DNA of 61,361 nt. Origin: Terriglobales bacterium (GTDB lineage: Bacteria; Acidobacteriota; Terriglobia; Terriglobales; Acidobacteriaceae). The stretch is from assembly GCA_035643915.1 (NCBI GenBank), contig DASQPN010000119.1, forward strand, positions 1 through 61,361, given 5' to 3'. The notes under the pieces are model-generated. The model was not told the DNA's origin, made no database searches, and worked only from the letters and a program-made list of their open reading frames with translations. Position numbers and translations under genes: made by a program. Below, one piece after another: positions 47,538 to 54,743 of the stretch. The first letter of the stretch is position 1. Each line of letters starts with the position of its first letter.

Positions 47538-48977
47538 GTGAAAGAGACCCTGGCCAAGCAGATCGTCCGCTACCTGGTGGCGGCAGCTGCGGTTTTCGTC
47601 ATCGTTTTCAGCTATCGGGCGATTCGTGTTAGCAACCCGACCACGGTGGCGCTCACGTTCCTGCTGACGGTGCTGATCGTTTCTACGGTCTGGGGACTCC
47701 GGACCTCCGTGTTCACCGCGGTCGTGGCGACCCTGGCCTTCAACTACTACTTTCTGCCTCCGGTTGGCACTTTCAACATCGCCGATCACCAGAATTGGGT
47801 GGCGCTGTTCGCATTTCTTGTCACAGCGGTGATCGCCAGCCAACTGTCGGCCCGGGCCCGGCGCGAAGCCTTGAATGCAAACGAAAGGCGCCGGGACGTT
47901 GAGCGGCTCTACGCCTTCAGCCAGCAACTTCTCTCCAGTGACAATGTCGTCGAGTTGCTGAACGTGTTGCCCAGCTACGTGGTGGAAGCTTTTGGGGTTG
48001 AGGCCGCCGCCATTTCCTTACCCGAACGTCAGGACGTATATCGCTCCAGGGCCGAGATCGGCGCCTTGGAAGCGCATGACTTGCAACTGGTGTGCAGTCG
48101 TGGAGAACCGCGCATCGATCCCCAGAAGAATCTAGCTTTCATGCCGCTGCGTATGGGAGTGCGTACGGTGGGCGCTCTGGGTATTTCGGGGAGCCGGTTG
48201 TCTCGTGGAACGCTGGATGCGATCAGCAGCCTGATTGCCATCGCGATTGAGCGGGCACGAGCGGTCGAAAATTTGAGTCGCACCGAAGCCGCGCGAGCGA
48301 GCGAACAGCTGCGCTCCGTGCTGCTCGATTCGGTTACCCATGAGTTCCGCACCCCGCTGACTGCCATCAAGGCCTCGGTGACTTCTCTGCTATCGAACTC
48401 CCAAATGGATGGGTCGCAGAAACAGGAATTGCTTACCGTCATCAACGAAGAAAGCGACCGGTTGAATCGTCTGGTTGGAGAAGCGGCAGAAATGGCCCAG
48501 CTCGACGCGAACCAAGTGGAGCTGCATCTGGCGTCGCACCCGATCCCCGAGGCTCTCGACAGCGCTCTGGAAGATTCCAAGCAGGTCCTGGGTAAGCACC
48601 CAGTGGAGGTGCGTTTGCCGGCAACTCTGCCGCCCGTGCGCATGGATGCGACCCGGATCAAGGAAGTCCTCATGCACTTGCTGGAGAATGCGGCCAAATA
48701 CTCGCCTCCGGAGTCTCCGATTCACATTACCGGCGAAGTGCGGAATCGCACCCTGATGACCAGCGTCTCGGATCGAGGTGCGGGCATCGACGACTTCGAA
48801 CAAGCACTCATTTTCGATAAGTTCTATCGCGGACGAAATCAGCGGCTGACGGTCCAAGGCACGGGCATGGGACTCGCGATTGCCAAGGCAATCGTTGAAG
48901 CCCACGGTGGGACCATGGGAGTCACCAGCCAACTCGGACACGGGTCGGTCTTTTATTTCACGCTGCCAGTTGCCTAA
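47538..48977 (+). CDS. Histidine kinase corresponding to the KdpD C-terminal half (DUF4118 TM domain, GAF-like, HisKA, HATPase)
   Basis: GTG start. TTVALTFLLTVLIVSTVWGLRTSVFTAVVATLAFNYYFLPPVGTF; H-box VTHEFRTPLTAIKAS; GTGMGLAIAKAIVEAHGG. Confidence 0.8.
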   Translation: MKETLAKQIVRYLVAAAAVFVIVFSYRAIRVSNPTTVALTFLLTVLIVSTVWGLRTSVFTAVVATLAFNYYFLPPVGTFNIADHQNWVALFAFLVTAVIASQLSARARREALNANERRRDVERLYAFSQQLLSSDNVVELLNVLPSYVVEAFGVEAAAISLPERQDVYRSRAEIGALEAHDLQLVCSRGEPRIDPQKNLAFMPLRMGVRTVGALGISGSRLSRGTLDAISSLIAIAIERARAVENLSRTEAARASEQLRSVLLDSVTHEFRTPLTAIKASVTSLLSNSQMDGSQKQELLTVINEESDRLNRLVGEAAEMAQLDANQVELHLASHPIPEALDSALEDSKQVLGKHPVEVRLPATLPPVRMDATRIKEVLMHLLENAAKYSPPESPIHITGEVRNRTLMTSVSDRGAGIDDFEQALIFDKFYRGRNQRLTVQGTGMGLAIAKAIVEAHGGTMGVTSQLGHGSVFYFTLPVA

Positions 48978-48978
48978 G

Positions 48979-49365
48979 TCACACGGCTGACCCAAGCAAG
49001 CTGTAGAGCAGCACCATGAGCACGAAGCTTGCGACCCACACGTAGAGCCAGTCCCGCTCGAGGGCGAAGGCAAACGCGGCGAATCCCACCCGCGCCACCG
49101 GCGTTGCAATCAAGAACAATAGCCCCAACTGGATGATGCCCCGGCCACGCCCTGCCAGGGCCGCGCCCACAATCCCTTTCCAGTGGCGCAATTCTGTCGG
49201 CTCACCGCCAAAGACGCGGTAGTTGGCGTGGGCAAGCCCATGGCGCCGGAGGAAGACCAAGCCCCCGGTGAGCACAATGGCTGCGGACAGGGTCACGCCG
49301 GCACGCAGCAGGTTGGCGATGACGGTTTCTATCTTCTGATCGCTCCAGTCAGCCTTGGTGAACAT
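48979..49365 (-). CDS. DUF1634 membrane protein (usual partner of TauE/SafE)
   Basis: IETVIANLLRAGVTLSAAIVLTGGLVFLRRHG. It lies 2 nt downstream of the TauE-like gene. Confidence 0.65.
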   Translation of the reverse strand: MFTKADWSDQKIETVIANLLRAGVTLSAAIVLTGGLVFLRRHGLAHANYRVFGGEPTELRHWKGIVGAALAGRGRGIIQLGLLFLIATPVARVGFAAFAFALERDWLYVWVASFVLMVLLYSLLGSAV

Positions 49366-49367
49366 CG

Positions 49368-50204
49368 TCAGATCTTTCCCGTGAACGCGCCATAGAGCAT
49401 CTCAGCGCCGAGAGCGACAATCACCGCAGCAAATACCAGTCGCAGCTGCTTTGTTTTGGTGCGGGCCAGGACACGGGCACCTGCCAGAGAACCGGCCAAC
49501 ACACCGAGCATGACCGGCATCGACAACCCCGGGTCCACGTACCCGCGGCTCAAATACACGCCGGCGCTGGCGGCTGCCGTCACTCCGATCATGAAGTTGC
49601 TGGTGGTGGTCGAGACCTTGAAAGGGATTCCCATGGCCTGGTCCATGGCGAGAACTTTCACGGCTCCCGATCCAATCCCAAGAAGCCCGGAAAGCGCCCC
49701 GGCTCCGAACATCAGACTGAATCCCGCGGGAACCCGGTGGACGTAGTATCGCTTTGGACCGCTCAGGGAAGGATACGTGCCGTTCATGCCCAGACGGGTT
49801 GCGAGTTCGTCGGGCTGATCGTCAGCAGGAGACTCAGCCGGAGTCCGGCTGGAGAGATACCCGGAATAGAGAAGAACCAGACCAAAGACGACGCCAATGG
49901 CGGTGGTCGAAACGCTGGCCGCGAGAAAGGCACCGAAGAGCGCTCCTAATGTGGTGGCGATTTCAAGAAACATCCCGATGCGGATGTTGGAGAACCCGTC
50001 CTTCAAATAGGCCGCGGCCGCTCCGGATGAAGTTGCGATTACCGAGACCAGCGAGGCGCCGACCGCATACCGAATGTCCACCTTGAACACCAGGGTGAGC
50101 AAGGGGACCAGCACCACTCCACCGCCCAGGCCGGTGAGAGCCCCCAAAAATCCGGCCATGAACGAGGCCAGCCCAACCAGGACGGTGAATTCCAGGATAT
50201 TCAT
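49368..50204 (-). CDS. TauE/SafE-family sulfite/anion exporter-like permease
   Basis: Start chosen at ATG 50204. MNILEFTVLVGLASFMAGFLGALTGLGGGVVLVPLL, a multi-TM Gly-rich pattern. Confidence 0.75.
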   Translation of the reverse strand: MNILEFTVLVGLASFMAGFLGALTGLGGGVVLVPLLTLVFKVDIRYAVGASLVSVIATSSGAAAAYLKDGFSNIRIGMFLEIATTLGALFGAFLAASVSTTAIGVVFGLVLLYSGYLSSRTPAESPADDQPDELATRLGMNGTYPSLSGPKRYYVHRVPAGFSLMFGAGALSGLLGIGSGAVKVLAMDQAMGIPFKVSTTTSNFMIGVTAAASAGVYLSRGYVDPGLSMPVMLGVLAGSLAGARVLARTKTKQLRLVFAAVIVALGAEMLYGAFTGKI

Positions 50205-50419
50205 GCGACTCCCGCACCAGTGTGCCACAGGGAGTGCTTCCGGGTCTTTGGGTTGGGGGCTGGAACCTTTGATGCCCAGGTCCTTGCTTTGAATCGGGGT
50301 GGGCTCGATTCGCGGAGCCAATCGCCGCGGAAATCGGACTGCCCATGGCGCCCTGGGGGTTCAGGAGCATGAGTTTTACGAGAGCCGTCGGTATTCGGCC
50401 CGTCTCAGCGCTCCCCGGC

Positions 50420-51196
50420 TCAGGATCCGGCATCCCCCAACTGAACGAGCGGGGAGGGCGCGCCGGGCGGATCGGGAAGATGTAGGCCGCACTCAGTTTT
50501 CTGCAATCCAGCCCAACGCCCGGCGCGGGCATCTTCGCCGGGACGGACCGCACGAGTGCAATGAGTGCAACCGATACTGGGGTAGTCGGAATCATGGAGC
50601 GGGTTGTAGGGCACATCATGAGCGCGGACGTAGCCCCACACTTGTTCGCTGCTCCAGTCCACAATCGGGTTGATTTTCACGAGCCGGAACTTCTCGTCCC
50701 ATTCCACTTTGCGTGCCTTCGCACGAACTGAAGTTTGCCCGCGGCGAATGGCCGTGATCCAGGCGCGCAATCCGGCCAGCTTGTCGGCCAGGGGCCTGAC
50801 TTTCCGCAATCCGCAGCACTGATCCGGGTTGGTGCTCCACAGGGCGGGCCCGTAGATGTTTGCTTGATCTTCCGGCGTCAATGGAGAACGCAGTCTTTCG
50901 ACAGTCAAGCCATAGCGCCGCTCCACTCTCTCCATAAGCTCGTAGGTTTCTGGGAAGAGAAAATCCGTATCGACCGTGAACACCCGGAGATTCGGATTGA
51001 CGCCCACCGCGATGTCGACGAGCACCATGCCTTCCACACCGAAACCTGACGCCATCTCGACGCTGTTGCCGAAAGTCTTGAAGGCCCATTCGAGCAACTC
51101 TTGCGGATTCCATGTTTCGGCTAAGCTCTGCGTTCTTTCCACGATCTCGATCACCGATTCGCTCCTAGTCACCCAAAAACGCCTGGTTGTCCACAA
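50420..51196 (-). CDS. cysH: Assimilatory adenylyl-sulfate/phosphoadenylyl-sulfate reductase, thioredoxin-dependent (Fe-S type Cys motifs present)
   Basis: C-terminal KTECGLH. Cluster-type cysteines DQCCGLRKV and SIGCTHCT suggest the APS-reductase subtype. The start may be a few codons downstream of 51196. Confidence 0.85.
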   Translation of the reverse strand: MWTTRRFWVTRSESVIEIVERTQSLAETWNPQELLEWAFKTFGNSVEMASGFGVEGMVLVDIAVGVNPNLRVFTVDTDFLFPETYELMERVERRYGLTVERLRSPLTPEDQANIYGPALWSTNPDQCCGLRKVRPLADKLAGLRAWITAIRRGQTSVRAKARKVEWDEKFRLVKINPIVDWSSEQVWGYVRAHDVPYNPLHDSDYPSIGCTHCTRAVRPGEDARAGRWAGLQKTECGLHLPDPPGAPSPLVQLGDAGS

Positions 51197-51986
51197 AAAC
51201 GTCGAGCACGTTTGCGAGTGGACCAGAGGGGTCCGCCTCGAAATCGCTCATGGCGAGCTCCCCATGGGAGCGCACGGAATCTCCTTGGCCAATCACATCG
51301 CCGACCAGCAGCAGCGTTGGCGCAGGGAGCAGGGGTGCGCTTGGCAAGTTCTTCACCGTGGTGCGATGGATCTGCTCACGGTTCGAACTGGCTCGCGAAA
51401 CGATGGCACAGGCAGTCTCGCCCCTCATCCCCGCCGACATCAGTTGCTGAGAAGTCTGTGCGTAACTGAAGCCGGGCATGTAGATCGCGAGAGTTGCGCC
51501 GGATCGCACGAATGCCTCCCACTCCACGGTCTGGTTGCAATTCGCATGATGGCTGGTAAGAAACACCACCGCGGAAGCGGTGTCGCGCTGCGTTAAGGAC
51601 ACTCGTGCGGCCGCTGCCGATGCCAAAGCCGACGTCACGCCGGGGATAATTTCGAAATCGACGTTGGCCTTGCGGAGCGCACCCATTTCCTCCCCCGCAC
51701 GGCCGAAAATCAGGGGGTCTCCTCCCTTGAGTCGCACCACCTTGAGTCCGAAAGAGGCGAAAGCCACCAACAAAGCGTTGATCTCTGCCTGCTGCACGGC
51801 CTTGCGTCCGCAGCGCTTACCAACGTTCCGCACCTCTGCGCTCTTGGGGACCAGCGCCAGAATCTCGGAACCGATCAGGTCATCGTGCAGCACGGCCTCG
51901 GCCGATTGCAGTACCCGGAGAGCTTTGAGCGTGAGCAACTCCGGATCGCCCGGCCCGGCCCCGACCAAGAAGACCTTACCGTTCAT
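51165..51986 (-). CDS. cobA: Uroporphyrinogen-III C-methyltransferase (SUMT)
   Basis: Start chosen at ATG 51986: MNGKVFLVGAGPGDPELLTLKALRVLQSAEAVLHDDL. The longer tracked ORF (to 52334) overlaps the upstream gene out of frame. Confidence 0.85.
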   Translation of the reverse strand: MNGKVFLVGAGPGDPELLTLKALRVLQSAEAVLHDDLIGSEILALVPKSAEVRNVGKRCGRKAVQQAEINALLVAFASFGLKVVRLKGGDPLIFGRAGEEMGALRKANVDFEIIPGVTSALASAAAARVSLTQRDTASAVVFLTSHHANCNQTVEWEAFVRSGATLAIYMPGFSYAQTSQQLMSAGMRGETACAIVSRASSNREQIHRTTVKNLPSAPLLPAPTLLLVGDVIGQGDSVRSHGELAMSDFEADPSGPLANVLDVFVDNQAFLGD

Positions 51987-52605
51987 GACCCACCCCTTGC
52001 GCAACTCTCTCCCGGGATTGTCGAACCGACTCGCGCACTTCAAACGACTGGCGGCTGGCCGCTGCATGCAACAGGCTGCGGCGACGGTCCGGGTTGAGCG
52101 GACGGGAAAAAAGGCCCTTTCGGATTCTTCCCAACTCCTCGAGCCAGCCCGCGTAGACGGGCGCCAGCTGCGCCTCGAACTCGCGACGCAATCTCTGAGC
52201 AAGCGCTGGGCTGCGTCCTGCCGTCGAGATGGCAACCTGAAGCTCTCCACGGCGAACCACGGCCGGGTAGTAGAAGTCACAGCGGGCGGGATCATCCACC
52301 ACGTTCGACAGAACATGGCGGCTCTGCGCTTCACGGTAGACAGAGTCGTTTACTTCTATGCAGGAGGTGGCCGCGACGACCAGGAAGATCGAGTCCAGAT
52401 CCGCGGGCTGGAATGGACGAGCGTCCCACTCCAACACCCCAGCACGAGCCCAGGCTGCAACCGCCGGTGTTGCCCACGGTGCGACGACCCGAACCTCTGC
52501 ATGAGCAACCAGCAGGCTGCGAATCTTGGATTCGCCGATCTTGCCGGCTCCTACAACCAGACAAGGCCGATCTTCGAGTTTCAGGAACATTGGAAAAAGG
52601 CTCAT
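51976..52605 (-). CDS. Precorrin-2 dehydrogenase / sirohydrochlorin ferrochelatase (SirC/CysG N-terminal type)
   Basis: MFLKLEDRPCLVVGAGKIGESKIRSLLVAHAEVRVVAP. Confidence 0.8.
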   Translation of the reverse strand: MSLFPMFLKLEDRPCLVVGAGKIGESKIRSLLVAHAEVRVVAPWATPAVAAWARAGVLEWDARPFQPADLDSIFLVVAATSCIEVNDSVYREAQSRHVLSNVVDDPARCDFYYPAVVRRGELQVAISTAGRSPALAQRLRREFEAQLAPVYAGWLEELGRIRKGLFSRPLNPDRRRSLLHAAASRQSFEVRESVRQSRERVAQGVGHER

Positions 52606-52632
52606 AGCTATTTCTCTTCCATCTCGTCCGCT

Positions 52633-54336
52633 CTACCCCTCTACCCCGTGCGGCACCCGTCCAGGCGAGGCATCGCGCACGACCGCCGCCACCAACTCGC
52701 CCGCCAGGAATTCCCGCAGTTCGACGTCGCTGTGCCTTGAGAAAAACTGACGCAGGTTTTCGCGAGGTCCACGATCCTCGAGATAGCGCTTTAGCAAGCG
52801 TTCAATCGCACCGGGAACCTCGCTGGCCAGGCATCGGTATCCCACTGGGCGCGCGATCGATTGGTGCATGCCCAGGGCGCCGCCCACGCAGAAGTAGTAG
52901 GCGTCCTCCATCCGATCGCCCACTTTGATCTTTTTGCCTTCGATCCCCAGGTCCGCGATCCAATGCTGGCCACAACTGTTGGGGCATCCGGTGACATGCA
53001 GCTTCAAGTGCTCTTCGAAGCCCGGCAGCCTCTCTTCCAGTTCCTCCACCAGCCAACGTGAGAAGCTCTTGGTCTCGGTGATCGCCAGCTTGCAGAACTC
53101 CGAGCCGCTGCACGCGACCGCCCCGCGCCAGAAAGGCGAACCGTTCACACGGAGTCCTGCCGCATCCAGCTCCTTCACCAACGGCTCGACGTTCGGTCGC
53201 GGCAGGTTGACGATGAGCAGGTTCTGCATGTTGGTCGTACGGAGTTGTCCGTCCGCAAATCGCTCTGAAAGATCCGCCGCGATTTGCATTTGCCGGGCCG
53301 TGATTCGCCCCCGCAAAACAGCAGCGCCCACGAAGAAATATCCCGGTTGTTTTTGGGCGTGAATCCCGACATGATCCCGATAGAGGTCGTCGGGGAGTTG
53401 CTCTTCGGCCGCGGGCTCCAGTGGAAATCCCATCCGGCTCTCGAGCTCTTTCTGGAAGGTCTCTGCGGTCCAGCCGTGCTTGAGGAAAAGGAATTTCAGA
53501 CGGGCGCGTTCGCGGTTTTCACGGAGTACTTCGCTATCCCGGAATATTTCGGCGACCCCGTTGAGAACCGGCACGACCTGGCTCTGTCGCACGAACGCGT
53601 TGAGCCGGGTCGCCAGATGGGGATCGGTCGAGAGTCCACCGCCTATGCGGAGCGAGAAGCCTATCTCCTGCTCGCCTTGGACCCGGCGGCTGACCGCCGT
53701 AAGACCGACGTCATTGATCTCCGGATAAGCACACCAGGAACGGCATCCGGTGATGCAGATTTTGAATTTTCGCGGGAGGTTGTAAAACTCGGCGTTACCG
53801 ACAAAGAACCGGTTGGCTTCGAGAGCCAGGGCGGACGCATCGAAGATTTCGTCTGCATCCACCCCCGCCAGCGGGCACCCGGTGATGTTGCGCGTGTCAT
53901 CGCCGCAGGAGCCCTTGGTGGTCAGTCCAGCTCGCCAGAGAGCATCGAGAACTTCGGGGAGGGCTTCGATGGTCACCCAGTGAAGCTGCACATTTTGACG
54001 AACCGTGAGATCGGCCGAGCCACGCGCATATCGTTCGGTCACTTCGGCGATGGCCCGGAGTTGATGCGCAAGGAGCAGGCCGTTGGGGATTCGGATACGC
54101 ACCATGAAGTAAGGCAACGCCTTACCTTCCCCGCCCTTCCCGCCCACCACCCCGGCACCGTCTCCCTGGGTGTAGACGCCCCACCAGCGAAAGTAGGTGC
54201 CGATCCACTCCGGCGGAATGGAACTGAAGCCTTCCCGCGCGAAACGGCGAATTTCGTCGAGCCCCTCCCACGGGTTCTTCTCCCGCTTCAGGCGCTCGAC
54301 TCGTTGCGCCTTCGTCTCTTTGGCTGGATTGTTCAT
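52633..54336 (-). CDS. sir: Assimilatory sulfite reductase hemoprotein (ferredoxin/NiR-SiR family)
   Basis: Two NiR/SiR ferredoxin-like halves. Siroheme and 4Fe-4S Cys motifs ACSGSEFCK and VTGCPNSCGQHW. Confidence 0.9.
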   Translation of the reverse strand: MNNPAKETKAQRVERLKREKNPWEGLDEIRRFAREGFSSIPPEWIGTYFRWWGVYTQGDGAGVVGGKGGEGKALPYFMVRIRIPNGLLLAHQLRAIAEVTERYARGSADLTVRQNVQLHWVTIEALPEVLDALWRAGLTTKGSCGDDTRNITGCPLAGVDADEIFDASALALEANRFFVGNAEFYNLPRKFKICITGCRSWCAYPEINDVGLTAVSRRVQGEQEIGFSLRIGGGLSTDPHLATRLNAFVRQSQVVPVLNGVAEIFRDSEVLRENRERARLKFLFLKHGWTAETFQKELESRMGFPLEPAAEEQLPDDLYRDHVGIHAQKQPGYFFVGAAVLRGRITARQMQIAADLSERFADGQLRTTNMQNLLIVNLPRPNVEPLVKELDAAGLRVNGSPFWRGAVACSGSEFCKLAITETKSFSRWLVEELEERLPGFEEHLKLHVTGCPNSCGQHWIADLGIEGKKIKVGDRMEDAYYFCVGGALGMHQSIARPVGYRCLASEVPGAIERLLKRYLEDRGPRENLRQFFSRHSDVELREFLAGELVAAVVRDASPGRVPHGVEG

Positions 54337-54378
54337 AAAAACAAAAAGCCCACCGCCAGATATGTCTCTGGCGGTGGG
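54337..54378 (-). terminator. Intrinsic terminator (attenuator) between the Cys-rich sORF and the sir start codon
   Basis: Minus strand: CCCACCGCCAGA (54378-54367), GACATA, TCTGGCGGTGGG (54360-54349), a perfect 12-bp stem. It is followed by CTTTTTGTTTTT (54348-54337) and then immediately the sir ATG (54336). Confidence 0.75.
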
Positions 54379-54405
54379 CGATAATTGCTGATTCTTAAGG
54401 ACTTA

Positions 54406-54495
54406 CTAGGTCAGCAGCCTCCCTGTGCCAGAAGACGCGCGCGTACAACAACAAGTACAACAACACGCGATCGAGGTCTGGCAGGAAGCCAACAT
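54406..54495 (-). CDS. Cysteine-rich leader peptide sORF (29 aa), candidate attenuator leader of the sir operon
   Basis: Hand-read: ATG TTG GCT TCC TGC CAG ACC TCG ATC GCG TGT TGT TGT ACT TGT TGT TGT ACG CGC GCG TCT TCT GGC ACA GGG AGG CTG CTG ACC TAG (TAA) = MLASCQTSIACCCTCCCTRASSGTGRLLT. Confidence 0.6.
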   Translation of the reverse strand: MLASCQTSIACCCTCCCTRASSGTGRLLT

Positions 54496-54504
54496 GATCT
54501 GGCG

Positions 54505-54533
54505 ATAGTAGAGGCTGGTGGAAATCCTGTCAA
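54505..54533 (-). promoter_or_regulatory. Sigma70-like promoter for the Cys leader (predicted leaderless or near-leaderless transcript)
   Basis: Minus strand: TTGACA (54533-54528), 17 nt, TACTAT (54510-54505), then 9 nt to the ATG. No SD. Confidence 0.4.
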
Positions 54534-54612
54534 CTCGGTTCTGTCGCTCGAGCTATCAAAACTTCGAATAGCGGTAATCGAAAAATTCGAATGGTCAGCC
54601 CCAGGTCACCGT

Positions 54613-54641
54613 TTGACTAACACCTTCGCCTCCACTACTCT
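54613..54641 (+). promoter_or_regulatory. Sigma70-like promoter for the His leader (predicted leaderless or near-leaderless transcript)
   Basis: TTGACT (54613-54618), 17 nt, TACTCT (54636-54641), then 8 nt to the ATG at 54650. No SD. Confidence 0.4.
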
Positions 54642-54649
54642 CTAGGTCG

Positions 54650-54718
54650 ATGTCATCTCATCGCCATCATCGCCATCATCATCACGCGCACAGCGCGTTG
54701 GCGGGGGTGCATTCCTGA
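54650..54718 (+). CDS. Histidine-rich leader peptide sORF (22 aa) of the his operon
   Basis: Hand-read: ATG TCA TCT CAT CGC CAT CAT CGC CAT CAT CAT CAC GCG CAC AGC GCG TTG GCG GGG GTG CAT TCC TGA = MSSHRHHRHHHHAHSALAGVHS. Eight His fall within 11 codons. Confidence 0.75.
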   Translation: MSSHRHHRHHHHAHSALAGVHS

Positions 54719-54743
54719 GTTAGACCAGCACTCATCGAAGTTC

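Noticed and set aside
50214-50227. Sigma-54-like element TGGCACACTGGTGC (minus strand) just upstream of the tauE-like start
   Set aside because: The GG-to-GC spacing is one nt shorter than the consensus TGGCAC-N5-TTGC, and the -12 element is TGC rather than TTGC.
51580-54384. Two long plus-strand ORFs (51580..52740, 386 aa; 53284..54384, 366 aa)
   Set aside because: They are antisense to cobA/sirC and to sir, and have no motifs. The second would also run through the Cys-leader terminator.
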